Source: an uncultured Clostridia bacterium (GTDB lineage Bacteria; Bacillota; Clostridia; Lachnospirales; CAMZNU01). From it: DNA of 64,000 nucleotides. Both the position numbers and the translations under genes were made by a program. Location: the NCBI GenBank assembly GCA_947313885.1, contig CAMZNU010000005.1, forward strand, positions 14,025-78,024, written 5' to 3'. The notes under the pieces were generated by a model that had not been told where the DNA came from, did not search any database, and saw only the letters and a program-made list of their open reading frames with translations. This document shows positions 19,579-28,120 of this stretch, piece after piece; positions within the stretch are counted from its first letter, which is position 1; the number at the start of each line of letters is the position of its first letter.

Positions 19579-20589
19579 ATGAATAAAGAAGTGTATGTAC
19601 TAGGAATAGAAACTTCTTGTGATGAAACATCAGTAGCAGTTGTTTTAAATGGTAGAAGGGTTTTGTCTAATGTAATAAGTTCGCAAATAGAAGTGCATAA
19701 AGATTATGGTGGAGTAGTACCAGAAATTGCATCTAGAAAACATATAGAAAAAATAGAAGAAGTAGTAGATAGAAGTTTAAAGAAAAGTGGTTTAGAATTA
19801 AAAGATATTGACTGTATAGCGGTTACGTATGCACCAGGGTTAGAAGGGGCATTATTGGTAGGATTAATGTATGGCAAGACATTATCTTATATGAACGATA
19901 TACCGTTAGTTGGGGTACATCATATAGCGGGACATATTTGTGCAAATTATATAGATACGGAATTAGAGCCACCATTTGTAACATTAGTGGTATCAGGTGG
20001 ACATACGTTATTAGTGTTAGTAAAAGATTATGATGAGTTTGAAGTATTAGGAAGTACACGTGATGATGCTTGTGGAGAGGCATATGACAAAATAGCTAGA
20101 GTGCTGGGTTTAGAGTATCCAGGAGGACCAAGAGTTGATGCGCTAAGTAAGGTAGGGAATAAAGAAGCTATGGAATTTAAAAGAGTAATGTTAGAAAAAG
20201 ATAGTTTAGATTTTAGTTTTAGTGGATTAAAATCAAATGTACTAAATTATATAAATAAATGTAAGATGAAAGAAGAAGAAATAAAAGTTGAAGATGTGTG
20301 TGCATCATTTCAAGAAGCGGTAGTAGATGTATTAGTAAAAAAAAGCAAATTAGCATTGAAGAAAAGTGGAGTAAAAAAATTAGCATTAGCAGGAGGAGTA
20401 TCTAGTAATAGTAGATTGAGGGAAAGAATAAAAGAAATGTGTAAGGAAGAAGAAGTAGATTTGTACATTCCAAAATCTGTGTACTGTACAGATAATGGGG
20501 CGATGATAGGTGTTAGTGGATATTACAAACATTTATTAGGAAAAAATGACAATATAAAATTAAATGTTAAAAATAATAGGAAATTATAA
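19579..20589 (+). CDS. tsaD: tRNA N6-adenosine threonylcarbamoyltransferase TsaD
   Basis: GIETSCDETSVAV, HHIAGH, GGVSSN motifs. Confidence 0.93.
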   Translation: MNKEVYVLGIETSCDETSVAVVLNGRRVLSNVISSQIEVHKDYGGVVPEIASRKHIEKIEEVVDRSLKKSGLELKDIDCIAVTYAPGLEGALLVGLMYGKTLSYMNDIPLVGVHHIAGHICANYIDTELEPPFVTLVVSGGHTLLVLVKDYDEFEVLGSTRDDACGEAYDKIARVLGLEYPGGPRVDALSKVGNKEAMEFKRVMLEKDSLDFSFSGLKSNVLNYINKCKMKEEEIKVEDVCASFQEAVVDVLVKKSKLALKKSGVKKLALAGGVSSNSRLRERIKEMCKEEEVDLYIPKSVYCTDNGAMIGVSGYYKHLLGKNDNIKLNVKNNRKL

Positions 20590-20645
20590 CCAGAAAACAA
20601 AATGAAAAACTAGTTAATAATTTATAGGTAAATTAATAAATAATG

Positions 20646-20674
20646 TTGACAGTAAAATAGAACTGTGATATATT
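20646..20674 (+). promoter_or_regulatory. sigmaA-type promoter of the cold-shock gene
   Basis: TTGACA, 17 nt, TATATT. Confidence 0.6.
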
Positions 20675-20720
20675 TAGTAGTGAAAACATCAACAATTATT
20701 TATTATAGGAGGAATTTACA

Positions 20721-20921
20721 ATGAAAACAGGTATAGTTAAATGGTTTAATGCAGAAAAAGGTTTTGGTTTTATCTCTATAGAAGGTGAAGATGACGTATT
20801 CGTACATTTTTCAGCTATTGATAGCGATGGATACAAAACATTAGAAGAAGGTCAAGAAGTTTCTTTTGAAGTTGTTGAAGGAGATAAAGGACCACAAGCA
20901 GCAAACGTTACTCGCGTATAG
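20721..20921 (+). CDS. cold-shock protein (CspA family)
   Basis: [18 protein letters not shown]1 and [11 protein letters not shown]2 motifs; 66 aa. Confidence 0.97.
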   Translation: MKTGIVKWFNAEKGFGFISIEGEDDVFVHFSAIDSDGYKTLEEGQEVSFEVVEGDKGPQAANVTRV

Positions 20922-21103
20922 TCAACAATTTGGGTTAAACATTTGAAACGTAGTTCAACTTTAGTTTTAATGCGTGATACTGTAGGTTTTTGTTGGTACT
21001 TAGAAATAGTGAAGATGTTTTTATCAACAAATATAATATTAGTAGAGTGTTAATAAGAGTAAGAAATATATATATCAAGTTGTTTTAACGTAGTGTTGCA
21101 TTC

Positions 21104-21138
21104 AAAAAGGTTACCGATTTAATCGGTAACCTTTTTTT
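21104..21138 (+). terminator. rho-independent terminator ~180 nt downstream of the csp stop
   Basis: 14-bp stem AAAGGTTACCGATT / AATCGGTAACCTTT plus T-run. Confidence 0.85.
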
Positions 21139-21425
21139 ATTATGGGAAAAAATATATGAAGATAAATAAATGATCAAAAAAATATTAAAAGTGACACATT
21201 TTATAGTAACAGTACAAATAATAATTATAGGAGATACAATATGTACAAAAAACAAAATAGGAATAAAATAGAGCTATTAAGAATGGTAAATAGAATATAT
21301 AAATCAATATAATTAGTAATTAAATAATTACTATATTTACTTTTGTTGAAAGGTTTGCAAAAAAGAAAAAAAGATGTATAATTAGTTTGTAAGTATATAT
21401 ATAAAGTGCAAGGTTAGGGAGAATT

Positions 21426-22829
21426 ATGAAAAGATATAAGAACATAATAGTGATCGTTCAAATAATATTAATGACAATAAGTAGCAACATGTCGGTGAAG
21501 AGTAGTGAGATAGACGATGAAAAAATAGAACTAAATGCACGAAGTGCTATTTTAGTGGAAAAAAGCACAGGAAAGATGCTATATGGAAAAAATGAAAAAA
21601 AACAGATGTACCCAGCTAGTTTAACGAAAATATTAACAGCAATAGTCGCTTTAGAATACATAGAATTAGAAGAATTGATAAAAGTAGGGTATGAAATAAA
21701 TGAAATAGAACTAGATTCTAGTTTAGCGGGACATAAAGTTTCAGAATCAATATTAGGTATAAATTTAATAAGAGGATTAATAATACCGTCTGGAAATGAA
21801 ACAGCAAACATAGTAGCACAAGTAGTAGGTGAAAGAGTCGAAGGGGGAAAAATAGAATTTAATAAAGCTTTAAAAATATTTATGAGTATTATAAATGACA
21901 AAGGTAAAGAATTAGGATTAAGGGATTCAAATTTTGTAACACCTCACGGTTATCATGATGACAATCATTATACAACAGCAGAAGACATGGCAATAATAGC
22001 ATCTGTTGCTATGGATGACGATATAATAATGCAAATAGCTAAAGAAACGATTTTTGATGGCAATGGTGCTGGAAAATTAAATAGTGAAGACTTAGTAACG
22101 GTGGATTATAAGTGGTATACACATAATGAATTAATCACAAATAATAAGTATGGATATGAATATGCAACAGGATTAAAAACAGGATATACAAAAAAGGCCG
22201 GACATAGCTTACTAGCAACAGCAAAAAAAGATGATATAGAATTAATAGCAGTGATATTAGACAGTAGTGAAAATGGCAGATGGGAAGATGCTAAAACTTT
22301 ATTTGAATATGGATTTAATAATTATAAAATGCATACACTTCAAACTAAAGGTAAAAATATAGATATGGTTAAAGTTACAAATACGCAATTAGGAAATAAT
22401 GATGATTTAGAGATTAAATTAAGTAATGATAAAAATATATACATAAAAAAAGACGAGATAGATGGAATATATTATAAAATAACATATAATACAGAATATT
22501 TGGCTATTGATGAAGTTAATGAAATTAGTACGATAAAACTAAAAGCACCTATAGAAGAAGGGCATGAAATAGGTAAAATAAAATATTATACACAAGGTAC
22601 ACAAGGTGGGCTAATATATGAAGATTTGTTAATATCGGATGAAACATTTGAAGCTAGGTCACTAGAGGGTGATATAGAATATTATTTTAATAATATGAAA
22701 AAAATAGTTTTTTCATGGATAGTAGCTCCTATATCAGTATTAGCAGTATTAGCATATTCAATAAGAGTACGTAATATAAGGAAAAGGCGTAGAAATAGAA
22801 GAAAGTATAAATTAAAAACCAAATATTAA
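21426..22829 (+). CDS. D-alanyl-D-alanine carboxypeptidase (peptidase S11, PBP5-like) with C-terminal TM anchor
   Basis: SLTK, SGN and KTG active-site motifs; signal peptide; C-terminal TM helix plus Arg-rich tail. Confidence 0.9.
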   Translation: MKRYKNIIVIVQIILMTISSNMSVKSSEIDDEKIELNARSAILVEKSTGKMLYGKNEKKQMYPASLTKILTAIVALEYIELEELIKVGYEINEIELDSSLAGHKVSESILGINLIRGLIIPSGNETANIVAQVVGERVEGGKIEFNKALKIFMSIINDKGKELGLRDSNFVTPHGYHDDNHYTTAEDMAIIASVAMDDDIIMQIAKETIFDGNGAGKLNSEDLVTVDYKWYTHNELITNNKYGYEYATGLKTGYTKKAGHSLLATAKKDDIELIAVILDSSENGRWEDAKTLFEYGFNNYKMHTLQTKGKNIDMVKVTNTQLGNNDDLEIKLSNDKNIYIKKDEIDGIYYKITYNTEYLAIDEVNEISTIKLKAPIEEGHEIGKIKYYTQGTQGGLIYEDLLISDETFEARSLEGDIEYYFNNMKKIVFSWIVAPISVLAVLAYSIRVRNIRKRRRNRRKYKLKTKY

Positions 22830-22890
22830 AGTGTGGATAAAAAAACAAAAAAAAAAGAATAATATAATAAGCTTATAGAAAGGAATAAAA

Positions 22891-23889
22891 GTGGCTGTAA
22901 ATATAGGTATAGATTTGGGGACAGTTAATGTTGTTATATGTACAGATAAAGGTAAAATAATTTTAAATGAACCATCGATAGTTGCCATAGATGAGAAAAA
23001 AGAAATTTTAGCGATAGGCAAAGAAGCAAAATGTATGGTTGGGAAAACCCCAAAAAAAATAAAAATCATAAGACCATTACGAAAGGGGGTAATAGCTACC
23101 TTTAGTATAACAGAGATTATGTTAAAATATTTTATGACAAAAGTAGTAAAAAAACAATTTACAAATCAAAAGCCAGTGGTTGCACTATGTGTGCCTACAG
23201 GAGTAACGAGTATAGAAAAATATGCAGTAGAAAATGTAGCACGTGAAATAGGAGCTAGAGAAGTGCTTATAATAGAAGAACCGATAGCCGCAGCAATAGG
23301 TGCGGGTATAGATATAGAGGTGCCATTAGGGCGGATGGTATTAGACATAGGAGGTGGAACATCAGATGTCGCGGTAATATCGTATGGTAGTACTGTAGTA
23401 GGTGAGTCAATACAAGTAGCAGGAGATAATTTTACAGAAGATATAAAAAGATTTATGAAAAAGGACAGAAGCATATTAATAGGTGACCGTACAGCAGAGG
23501 TTATAAAAATACAAGCGGGAAATGCAAACGAGAATATAGCAACAAGATACTTAGAAATAAAAGGAAGAAACTTAATAACAGGGTTACCAGAAAGAACAGT
23601 AATAAGCAGTGATGAAATAAGAAAATGTATGGAAGGGAATGTTGATGAAATAATAAATTTATGTAAAAGTGTTTTAGAAAAAATAGATCCTGAGCTAGCA
23701 GGAGACATATATAGTACGGGGATTATTTTGACAGGTGGGGGAGGTTTACTAGAAGGACTAGATGAAAAAATATCAAACGAAATAGGAGTAAAGGTAATAA
23801 GAGTCGCGGAACCGTTAGAATGTGTATGCAAGGGTCTAGGTAAGATTTTAAAAAATAGAAGAAAAAAGAGAGGACGTAGTTATGAATAG
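22891..23889 (+). CDS. mreB: MreB/Mbl-family rod-shape protein
   Basis: GTG start; IGIDLGTVN, DIGGGTSD, LTGGGGLL actin-fold motifs; sits upstream of two rod-protein genes, as mbl-flhO-flhP does in B. subtilis. Confidence 0.9.
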   Translation: MAVNIGIDLGTVNVVICTDKGKIILNEPSIVAIDEKKEILAIGKEAKCMVGKTPKKIKIIRPLRKGVIATFSITEIMLKYFMTKVVKKQFTNQKPVVALCVPTGVTSIEKYAVENVAREIGAREVLIIEEPIAAAIGAGIDIEVPLGRMVLDIGGGTSDVAVISYGSTVVGESIQVAGDNFTEDIKRFMKKDRSILIGDRTAEVIKIQAGNANENIATRYLEIKGRNLITGLPERTVISSDEIRKCMEGNVDEIINLCKSVLEKIDPELAGDIYSTGIILTGGGGLLEGLDEKISNEIGVKVIRVAEPLECVCKGLGKILKNRRKKRGRSYE

Positions 23890-24652
23890 AGGTTTATATA
23901 TAGCAACACAGGGAATGACAACACAAATGAAAAAAATGGATATAATAAGTAACAATATAGCAAATGTTAACACAGCAGGATTTAAAAGAGATGATGTTGT
24001 AACAAGGTCATTTAATGAGGAGTTGATGCTTAAGCAAAACGATGAAGATAAAAAATATATGCCACCAAGAATAGGGACTATGAATTTTGGTGTAACAATA
24101 GATAATATATATACAGATTTCACACAAGGTTCGTATGAAAAAACTGATAACCCATTAGATTTAGGTATAGAAGGGGATGGTTTTTTTAAAGTTATGAAGA
24201 TATCAGAAGATGGCAAAGAAGAAATAAGATATACAAGAGATGGTAGCTTTACTATATCAAGTAATAATACATTGGTGACAAAAAATGGTGAAAAAGTTTT
24301 AGGGAAAAATGGTGAAATAACAATAGGTACAGGTAAAGAAATAAGCATAAGTGAAGAGGGAATGTTCTATGTAGATGAAGAGCTAGTCGATGAGATAGAT
24401 ATAGTAATATTTAAAGATAACGAATTTTTAAAAAAAGAGGGAAACAATTTATATATAGGGCTAGATGGTTTAGAAGAAAAAGAAGAAAAAGTTAAGTTGT
24501 TACAAGGGTTTAGAGAGACGGGGAATGTTAACCCAGTAAAAGAAATGGTAGAGATGATAACGCTATCAAGGGCATATGAAACAAATCAAAAAATAATAAC
24601 AACTTACGATACGCTTATGAGTAAATCGGCAAATGAGATAGGTAAAAAATAG
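23882..24652 (+). CDS. flagellar basal-body rod protein (FlgF/FlhO-like)
   Basis: N-terminal NNIANVNTAGFKR and C-terminal SRAYETNQK rod-protein motifs. Confidence 0.85.
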   Translation: MNRGLYIATQGMTTQMKKMDIISNNIANVNTAGFKRDDVVTRSFNEELMLKQNDEDKKYMPPRIGTMNFGVTIDNIYTDFTQGSYEKTDNPLDLGIEGDGFFKVMKISEDGKEEIRYTRDGSFTISSNNTLVTKNGEKVLGKNGEITIGTGKEISISEEGMFYVDEELVDEIDIVIFKDNEFLKKEGNNLYIGLDGLEEKEEKVKLLQGFRETGNVNPVKEMVEMITLSRAYETNQKIITTYDTLMSKSANEIGKK

Positions 24653-24671
24653 AATAGGAGGATAAAAAATT

Positions 24672-25475
24672 ATGATGAGATCATTGTGGACAGGTGCATC
24701 AGGAATGACAGCACAGCAGTTAAATATAGATACTATAGGTAATAACATAGCAAATGTAAATACAACGGGGTATAAAAGAGAAAGGATGGAATTTCAAACT
24801 TTAATGTACCAGACTATGAACAAAGCAACAGTAACAGCAGATGCGAATATAGTTAAACCATTAAATTTACAAGTAGGAAATGGTGTACGACCATCGGCAA
24901 TAAGTAAAACGTTTACTACAGGGAGTTTACAAAGAACAGATAGCCCATCAGATATAGCGTTAAATGGGAAAGGATTTTTAACATTAAAAGTAGGGGACGA
25001 GATTAAATATACGAGAGTAGGTGCATTAAAAATATCACCATTTGAGGATGGTGGAATAATAGTAAGTAACGATGGTTATCCATTATTAGACAGTAATGAA
25101 GAGATAATCTTTTTATCAGACATAACAGAAATAGGAGTGGATCAAACAGGTAAGATTTCACAAACAGTAGAAGGGGTACAAGTTGATACGGGAATAATTA
25201 TAAATATAGTGCAGTTTCAGAATCCTCAAGGATTGCTATCTACAGGTCAAAGTATGTTCGAAAAGACGGTAGCATCAGGTGAGCCAATGAAAGAGTCAGA
25301 AGGTGAAACAGCGGATACAACACAAGTGATGCAAGGATTTTTAGAAATGTCGAATGTTAGTATAGCAGATGAGATGATAAATCTAATAGTGGCACAAAGA
25401 GCATATGAGTTAAATTCAAAAACAATAACAACATCAGATGAGATGTTACAACAAGCTAACGCATTAAAAAGGTAG
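24672..25475 (+). CDS. flgG: flagellar basal-body rod protein FlgG
   Basis: MMRSLWTGASGMTAQQ...NNIANVNTTGYKR and C-terminal AQRAYELNSK. Confidence 0.9.
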   Translation: MMRSLWTGASGMTAQQLNIDTIGNNIANVNTTGYKRERMEFQTLMYQTMNKATVTADANIVKPLNLQVGNGVRPSAISKTFTTGSLQRTDSPSDIALNGKGFLTLKVGDEIKYTRVGALKISPFEDGGIIVSNDGYPLLDSNEEIIFLSDITEIGVDQTGKISQTVEGVQVDTGIIINIVQFQNPQGLLSTGQSMFEKTVASGEPMKESEGETADTTQVMQGFLEMSNVSIADEMINLIVAQRAYELNSKTITTSDEMLQQANALKR

Positions 25476-25478
25476 GTA

Positions 25479-25847
25479 ATGAATATGAGTATAAATATAA
25501 ATTCTAATGTGAATATAAATAGTGACATGTTAAAAAGTCAAGTTGCTATGAATAAAGAAGAAGGTAGAATAAGTGATTTTAAAAAGATAATGGAAGATGC
25601 AGTAGAAGGTAAGAAAGATGAGAAATTAAAAGAAGCCAGTGAGGAATTTGAAATATATTTTTTGCAAATGATGATGAAAGAAATGAGAAAGACGGTAAAT
25701 AAAGATGATTCGTTTATAAAAGAAAGTAATGCGGAAAAAATTTTCAGAGAAGAGTTAGATAATCAAATGATGATAGAGCTTGGTAAAACAGGACAAATAG
25801 GATTAGCAAAAAGTATATATGAAAGATTAATAATAGAAAATGAGTAG
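25479..25847 (+). CDS. rod-binding protein (FlgJ N-terminal-like)
   Basis: EEFEIYFLQMMMKEMRKT motif typical of the Rod_binding domain; follows flgG. Confidence 0.7.
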   Translation: MNMSININSNVNINSDMLKSQVAMNKEEGRISDFKKIMEDAVEGKKDEKLKEASEEFEIYFLQMMMKEMRKTVNKDDSFIKESNAEKIFREELDNQMMIELGKTGQIGLAKSIYERLIIENE

Positions 25848-25869
25848 GTAAGAGAAGGAGAAGTTTAAA

Positions 25870-27045
25870 ATGGGAAGAATTTTCACATCAGAATCAGTAA
25901 CAGAGGGACACCCAGATAAAATATGTGATCAAATATCAGATGCAATACTAGATGCAATATTAGAAAAGGATAGTAAAGCAAGAGTTGCATGCGAAACATT
26001 AATAACGACAGGATTAGTAATAATAGTAGGTGAAGTTACAACTAACTGTTACATAGATGTTCAAAAAATAGCTAGAGAAACTATAAAAGAGATAGGATAT
26101 AATAGAGTTAAATACGGATTTGATGGAGAAACATGTGGGATATTAGTATCATTTGATGGTCAATCAGAAGATATAGCACAAGGAGTAAATACTTCGCTAG
26201 AAACTAGAGAAAAAAAAATCAATGAGGAAGACAATGGTGCAGGTGATCAAGGCATGATGTTTGGTTATGCATGTAATGAAACAGAGGAGTTAATGCCATT
26301 ACCAATAACGTTAGCACATAGATTAACAAAAAGATTAGCAGAAGTGAGAAAAGATAGAACGATAAAATATTTAAGACCAGATGGGAAAGCACAAGTATCG
26401 GTAGAGTATGACGATAGTGGAAACCCAATATGTATAAAAAATATCGTAGTGTCAACACAACATAAAGATGGAATAACGAATGAACAAATAGAAAAAGATA
26501 TAAAAAAACACGTAATAAGTGCTGTAGTACCAAAAGAGTTATTAAATGAAGAAACAGTATATTTTATAAATCCTACAGGAAGATTTGTAATAGGTGGACC
26601 ACAAGGCGATTGTGGATTAACAGGAAGAAAAATAATAGTAGATACGTACGGTGGATATGCAAGTCATGGAGGGGGGGCATTCTCAGGAAAAGACCCTACA
26701 AAAGTGGACAGATCAGGAGCATATATGGCAAGATATGTAGCGAAAAACATAGTGGCAAGTGGGTTAGCAGATAAATGTGAGATAGAAATTGCTTATGCTA
26801 TAGGGGTATCAAAACCTGTATCTATATTAGTAAATAGCCAAGGCACTAGTAAATTAAGCAATGAAGAGTTAAAACGAATAGTAGAAAATGAATTTGATTT
26901 AAGACCAACGGCGATAATAAATGAATTAGACTTAAGAAAACCTATATATAAACAAGTAGCAGCATATGGTCATTTTGGTAGAACTGATTTAGATGTACCG
27001 TGGGAAAGAACAAATAAAATAGAGAAATTAAAAAAATATTTATAA
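25870..27045 (+). CDS. metK: S-adenosylmethionine synthase
   Basis: [28 protein letters not shown] motifs. Confidence 0.97.
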   Translation: MGRIFTSESVTEGHPDKICDQISDAILDAILEKDSKARVACETLITTGLVIIVGEVTTNCYIDVQKIARETIKEIGYNRVKYGFDGETCGILVSFDGQSEDIAQGVNTSLETREKKINEEDNGAGDQGMMFGYACNETEELMPLPITLAHRLTKRLAEVRKDRTIKYLRPDGKAQVSVEYDDSGNPICIKNIVVSTQHKDGITNEQIEKDIKKHVISAVVPKELLNEETVYFINPTGRFVIGGPQGDCGLTGRKIIVDTYGGYASHGGGAFSGKDPTKVDRSGAYMARYVAKNIVASGLADKCEIEIAYAIGVSKPVSILVNSQGTSKLSNEELKRIVENEFDLRPTAIINELDLRKPIYKQVAAYGHFGRTDLDVPWERTNKIEKLKKYL

Positions 27046-27072
27046 AAAAAGTCGACATAGTCGACTTTTTTT
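27046..27072 (+). terminator. rho-independent terminator
   Basis: stem AAAGTCGA / TCGACTTT plus T-run. Confidence 0.75.
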
Positions 27073-27121
27073 ATAAATTACTATATAATTATAAGTATAA
27101 AAAAGTTAGTGGAGGGGTTAT

Positions 27122-28084
27122 ATGAATAAATACAAAGTAAGAATAGGAAATGAAAGCATAACATTAAAATGCGATGACAGTATGACGCATTTAAAAAATG
27201 TAATAACAGTAGTTCAAAATAAAATTAATGAGTTAGAAAATATAAAAGAAGAAAAATCTATAACTCCTATGTTAGTAACGATAAATATAGCAGATGATTA
27301 TGTTAAGTACCAAAGTAAAATTAAAGAAACAATACAAGCGCATAAAAGAAAAATAGAAGAATTAGAAAATTATACGAAGCTTAAAAGTGGCGATAATGCA
27401 TTAGAAAATGCCATGAAGACTTTAACTATAATCCAAAAAGAAAATGTAGATTTAAAAAAAACGAATCAAGAAAAAAGCATAAAAGTTGCGGTATTAGAAA
27501 AAAGTATAGAGATATTGCAAAAAGAGGAAAGAGTGTTATTAAAAAGAATAGAGGAAAATAAAAAAAACATAGAGGAAATAGAAAAATTAAAATTGGAAAA
27601 TGAAAGATATAAAGAAGATATAGAAAAATTAAAAGAAGAAAAAGAAAAAATAGGGGAAGAAAATAAAAAATATAAAGAAGAAAAAGAAAATTTAGAAGAA
27701 GAAAATGAAAAATATAAAGAAGAGAACGAAAATTTAGAAATGGAAAATTTAGAATGTAAAGAAGAAAAAGAAAATTTAGAAATGGAAAATTTAAAAAACA
27801 AAGAAGAAAAAGAAAAAATAGAAGAAGAAAAAATAGAATGCAAAGAAGAAAAAAAAAAAATAGAAATGGAAAACATAAAATGCAAAGAAGAGATAAAAAA
27901 TATAGAAGAAGAAAATAAAAAAGGTAAAAAAGAACTAGAAAATTTAAAAGAGGAAAATATAGCCAACATAGGCAGAATAGAATATAAAGAGAGAAAACTA
28001 GAAGAACAGTTTAAAAAAGTAAAGATATTAAAAAGAGAAAATGAAGAAAATAAGAGAAGAGTAAGAAGACTAAGTAGAAAATAA
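27122..28084 (+). CDS. ZapA-like N-terminal domain fused to a long repeat-containing coiled coil
   Basis: N-terminus YKVRIGNESITLKCDD...L is ZapA-like; the rest is Glu/Lys heptads. Confidence 0.6.
   Translation: MNKYKVRIGNESITLKCDDSMTHLKNVITVVQNKINELENIKEEKSITPMLVTINIADDYVKYQSKIKETIQAHKRKIEELENYTKLKSGDNALENAMKTLTIIQKENVDLKKTNQEKSIKVAVLEKSIEILQKEERVLLKRIEENKKNIEEIEKLKLENERYKEDIEKLKEEKEKIGEENKKYKEEKENLEEENEKYKEENENLEMENLECKEEKENLEMENLKNKEEKEKIEEEKIECKEEKKKIEMENIKCKEEIKNIEEENKKGKKELENLKEENIANIGRIEYKERKLEEQFKKVKILKRENEENKRRVRRLSRK
27665..27958 (+). repeat. seven tandem 42-nt (14-aa) degenerate repeats inside the ZapA-like gene
   Basis: KKYKEEKENLEEEN / EKYKEENENLEMEN / LECKEEKENLEMEN / LKNKEEKEKIEEEK / IECKEEKKKIEMEN / IKCKEEIKNIEEEN / KKGKKELENLKEEN; contains an A12 run at 27849-27860. 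Confidence 0.9.
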
Positions 28085-28120
28085 AAATACATATATTATT
28101 GGGAGTAAAAGAGGTAAATA

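Noticed and set aside
20945-20956. GAAACGTAGTTC in the csp 3' region as a LexA-like box
   Set aside because: A core mismatch and no downstream gene or promoter; most likely chance in AT-rich DNA.
21241-21312. 23-codon ORF MYKKQNRNKIELLRMVNRIYKSI with an AGGAGA RBS upstream of the D,D-carboxypeptidase gene
   Set aside because: Plausible RBS but very short, with no recognisable features and no way to test conservation here. Not reported as a feature.
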